From the NCBI RefSeq assembly GCF_036971445.1, contig NC_091473.1, positions 205,158,377 through 205,222,376 on the forward strand: a stretch of DNA of 64,000 nucleotides, written 5' to 3'. The translations under genes were made by a program, and so were the position numbers. The DNA comes from Narcine bancroftii. Taxonomy: Eukaryota. Below are positions 60,767 to 64,000 of the stretch, piece after piece (the stretch's first letter is position 1; each line of letters starts with the position of its first letter). The notes under the pieces were generated by a model. That model saw nothing but the letters and a program-made list of their open reading frames with translations, did not search any database and had not been told where the DNA came from.

Positions 60767-61358
60767 CTCGCCATTCTAATGAGAGAGAAACAAGTCCAGT
60801 CTCCAAAAGACATTTTTCAGCATCCGACTTGAGTTTGCGACCTTGTGTCGGGCGAGCATTTAGGCAATTTCTTTCTTCCGAATTGAAGCGGAGCATCATG
60901 TTCCTCCTGAAGATTGGGCAGAATCTTAGGGCCGATCTGCCAGCTGAGACAGATTGGTCAACAAGTGTCGCGCGGGTGTAGTACGTTCCAGTGGTGTTCA
61001 CTCATTCTGCTTTGTTCCAGGGGCCAGTGCGAATGATTCAGTGACACAAAGACCGCCGGAAATGATAGTCGATGAAGGGCAGTTTGTGGAACTGAACTGT
61101 AGTTACTCGAAGACAACCTACGCTTTTTTTTGGTACATTCAACATCCCGGAGAATCTCCAAAATATTTGCTGAAAATCCAACGGTCAGGAGACGTGTTTC
61201 CTTCTCGCGATTGTCCTGAGAGGATATCGGGTTCCTTAGAGAAAACGAGCCAGAGATTCCACCTTAATATCTCACAAATCCGCGTGGATGATTCCGCCGT
61301 GTATCTCTGCGCGTGGAGCTCACGCTGTTCCAGGGCGGCGGGGATCTGCACAAAAACT
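60502..61358 (+). CDS. Germline V gene segment, family A, copy 6. L-PART1 60502-60547, V exon 61021-61320, RSS 61321-61358.
   Basis: Leader and splice sites are canonical. A 1-nt deletion in the last germline codons (YLCAWS instead of YLCAVEL) lies in the region normally trimmed at the V-J junction. S to K change in CDR1 (CSYSKTTYAFFWYIQ). Confidence 0.7.
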
Positions 61359-62452
61359 CACCTCGAGAATTGTCATCACGCGCGGTGGCTTGGGGGCGCT
61401 CTCGGTCCCCAGAAGCCAGTTCTGTCAGTCAGATTAATAGAAGGGTGAAGTCAACGCCGAGGTGCTGGAGATTTTCCCTCATCTTGCGTTTCTTTTTCTC
61501 TGCATCCGTTTCGTTTCTTTGAGGTTGAAGGTAGGATGACAGCGAGGGAGAAAAAGTGAACAGCTGTTTCCCAGAATATAGTGGGAAAATGGAAGTTATG
61601 TTTTTGTGATGGAAATTGAGAAGTTGATAATGGCGGCGCGGGTAGGGCAAGAGCGTGGCCACACATTCATGAGTGCATATGGCATAGAGTAGGGGACAAA
61701 GCAGGCATTGATGCGTGGTTCTGATCATCGTAGAGGAGGTGATGTTGCCGATGAGCACTGTTGGGGGCTTCCAATGAGGATGTCACAGATCCAGTAACAG
61801 ATGGCTGGACAAAGTACCGGATCCTTTAGATTGGTCTTCCGCTTTGCAACTGTGTGGGCGTTGAACGCCGGGCATTAGTCCTTGAACAGCAAACCCACCA
61901 TGGTATTTCAGCGGTATAGGTGATTTAATAAAGAGTGGACCGTCAACGGTAGCGGTGGGGGTGGGGGTCGGTCGTCACTTGTGGCGACGGGCGATGGGCG
62001 AATTGAAGTGTGTCCAGTTCCTTCAAGTGATAGGTGTTAATGCGCTCGATAACCAAACGGCGAAAACATTTCCTCCAAGTCCGTTAACTTGCTCCTGATG
62101 GGCAACAGGAGAGAGCAACGTGGAAGCAAAATCTCATAGAAATGCTGGAGCAACACAGCCGGTGCTGCAGAACCCAAAAGGAGGGAAAGATACCTCACCG
62201 ATATTTCGGGTCTGAGTCCTTCTTCAATGAATAAGAAAATCTCCTGAATGTGTTAAAATTAAGACTGCAGACTGACCGGTTTTGTTGGGGGGGTGGGGGG
62301 GGGGGTGGTGAGGGAGAGGGGCAGTTCAAAGCGACAGTTGATAATTGGCTATGGAAGGTAAAGAGATGAGAATTGATTTTGTTTCTGTCAACGGGGACAG
62401 AGGGAAACTCACATAGACCGAGACACAGAATGAGAGATAGAGATAGATAGAT

Positions 62453-62630
<178 letters not shown>

Positions 62631-62714
62631 GGAATCGAAATAGAGGGAGAGAGAGGGCCGCGGGGAAATGCAAAAGTGGGAAGAATTAATTGTTTATCCT
62701 GACTTCTCCCCCTT

Positions 62715-63057
62715 TCAGTTGTTTGCTGATTTTGTGGACCGATCCACTTGGCGAACCTCTGACTGATTGGGTAGCTTGCGTCCCTCCCGGTTCAGCGCAA
62801 TTTCTCGCATATTACATTCATTGCGTGTTTCGTTCAGACACAAATTGAAATATCGTGGCCCATATATTAAATGCTTAAAAATTATAACCGAGACGACGTG
62901 GTTCTGCCTCACGTTTGACTGGACAGGATGACGTTAGAGAAAAGGGGCTGGATATTTCACCTCAATACGTCGAAAACGTTTGTAGCGGACTTGATGGTTT
63001 ATCTCAGGGCGGTGTGGCTCACGCTGTTCTTTGGAAATAGCTGGACGCACAAATCGT
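62715..63057 (+). pseudogene. V pseudogene, family E, copy 7.
   Basis: Homologous. Nonamer at 63049-63057. Confidence 0.6.
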
Positions 63058-63436
63058 ATGTGGTTTGAAATGAAACGCGAGAAAGAGGATGCTAGAGCAC
63101 GTGAGGGATTGCTTAATGTTGAACAGGTGAAAATGTGAGACAGAGTGAGCGTCAAGAATAGAACGAAAGAAGGAGAAAGGGGGAGAGGGAGGAGATTAAA
63201 AAAAGGGTAGATGCGGGGAGTGAACAGGTAGAGGGTTCGTGAAGCGAGGGGAACGCGATGCAAACTGTCTTCACTAACGCGTTCTAATTGGTTGGATAAT
63301 GACCACACCAACCAATCCTGTATGATGGAAACACTCTGATATATGTCCAAAGTGTTAGACCGCTCATAACATCGCCCCACCAATTGTACTGCGGTAACAT
63401 AAGGAAACCTTCGTTGATGATCTTAATCCACATACC

Positions 63437-64000
63437 ATGTTCTTCGTGAATGGTTTGGTGATTCTTTGGGCCGTTCTGACTAGTGAGCATGTCTGACTGG
63501 TCAGCGACTTCTGCCCATTGTCCTCTCTCTACAAATCTCTAGCTTTAAACTAATTAAAGACGGACAAATTCCCCAACTTCCTTTGCTCTTCCTTGCACCT
63601 TCTTCCTCCGCTTACTCATTTACACACTCTCTGTGTTTACTGAACTTCCTCGCGGTTTCACTGTCGCACTCCTTCCCCACCTCTCTCGCTCTTCGCCATT
63701 TTCGTACGAGGGAAACGGGGACACATACAGAGTTTCTGCTGCTCCCGACGTGGGTACGCAACCTGATACCTCCGAATTTAGACCGGTCATCATGTTCCTA
63801 CTGATTTGTTGGCTGATTATATGCACCGTTCCGCCTGTGGAGACTAACTGGTCAACTAGTGCCGCGCGGGTTCAGTGCCATCCAGCGGCGTTCACACATT
63901 TTGTTTTGTTCCAGGGGCGAGGGCAAAGGATTCGGTGACACAAAGCCCGCCGCAAATGTTAGTGGATAAAGGGCAGATCGTATCAATGAAATGTAGTTAC
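63437..64000 (+). CDS. V gene segment, family B, copy 7, partial. L-PART1 63437-63482, V exon from 63915, truncated by the window end.
   Basis: Leader, donor GTGAGC and acceptor ccag are present. The FR1 reading frame is intact as far as the window extends. Confidence 0.5.

Overview
The window is vertebrate nuclear DNA, not prokaryotic. The chain assignment (TCR alpha/delta-like), the 'vertebrate' origin and the 'probably teleost fish' guess are all inference; nothing in the sequence names the species or chain directly. It consists of about 6.3 head-to-tail copies of a roughly 10.2-kb cassette of germline antigen-receptor V gene segments, all on the + strand. The last three copies are near-identical: the V_A start recurs at 30441, 40616, 50793 and 60954, a period of 10175, 10177 and 10161 bp.

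Each V has a split-leader structure:
- an upstream module made of two inverted CCAAT boxes;
- a 46-nt L-PART1 ending in phase 1 with a GTGAG donor;
- a 340-450 bp leader intron;
- a V exon with first-Cys, Trp41 and the D-S-A-V-Y-L-C-A-V end;
- a 3' RSS with a CAC-type heptamer, 22-24 bp spacer and ACAAAAAC-type nonamer.

In this description: CCAAT pair = the inverted ATTGGTT / AACCAAT element; L-PART1 = the first exon encoding the leader; RSS = V(D)J recombination signal sequence.

The FR2 and FR3 motifs (FWYIQ.PG.SPKYL, DSAVYLCAV) and the 23-RSS fit TCR alpha/delta V best. Another 23-RSS V class cannot be excluded. No J or C exon is visible.

A full cassette contains:
- Three full-length V families: A and C look functional; B lacks the second conserved Cys.
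- Four V pseudogene families (D, E, F, G) that share an internal FR1-CDR2 deletion or degeneration but keep the leader, FR3 and RSS.
- A compound (GATA)(GT)n(GA)n microsatellite and long poly-G tracts.
- About 2 kb of unclassified sequence.

Three structural differences separate the copies:
- A 6.08-kb full-length L1-clade LINE lies antisense in one V_G remnant. It has intact ORF1 (409 aa) and ORF2 (1265 aa), a 63-nt poly(A) tail and a perfect 13-bp TSD.
- An 892-bp 5'-inverted (twin-priming) LINE fragment with a 13-bp TSD is present in four cassettes and absent from two.
- Two block deletions remove V_C/V_D/V_A and V_G/V_C from the early cassettes.

Coordinates were derived by hand from the provided text and may be off by a few nt.
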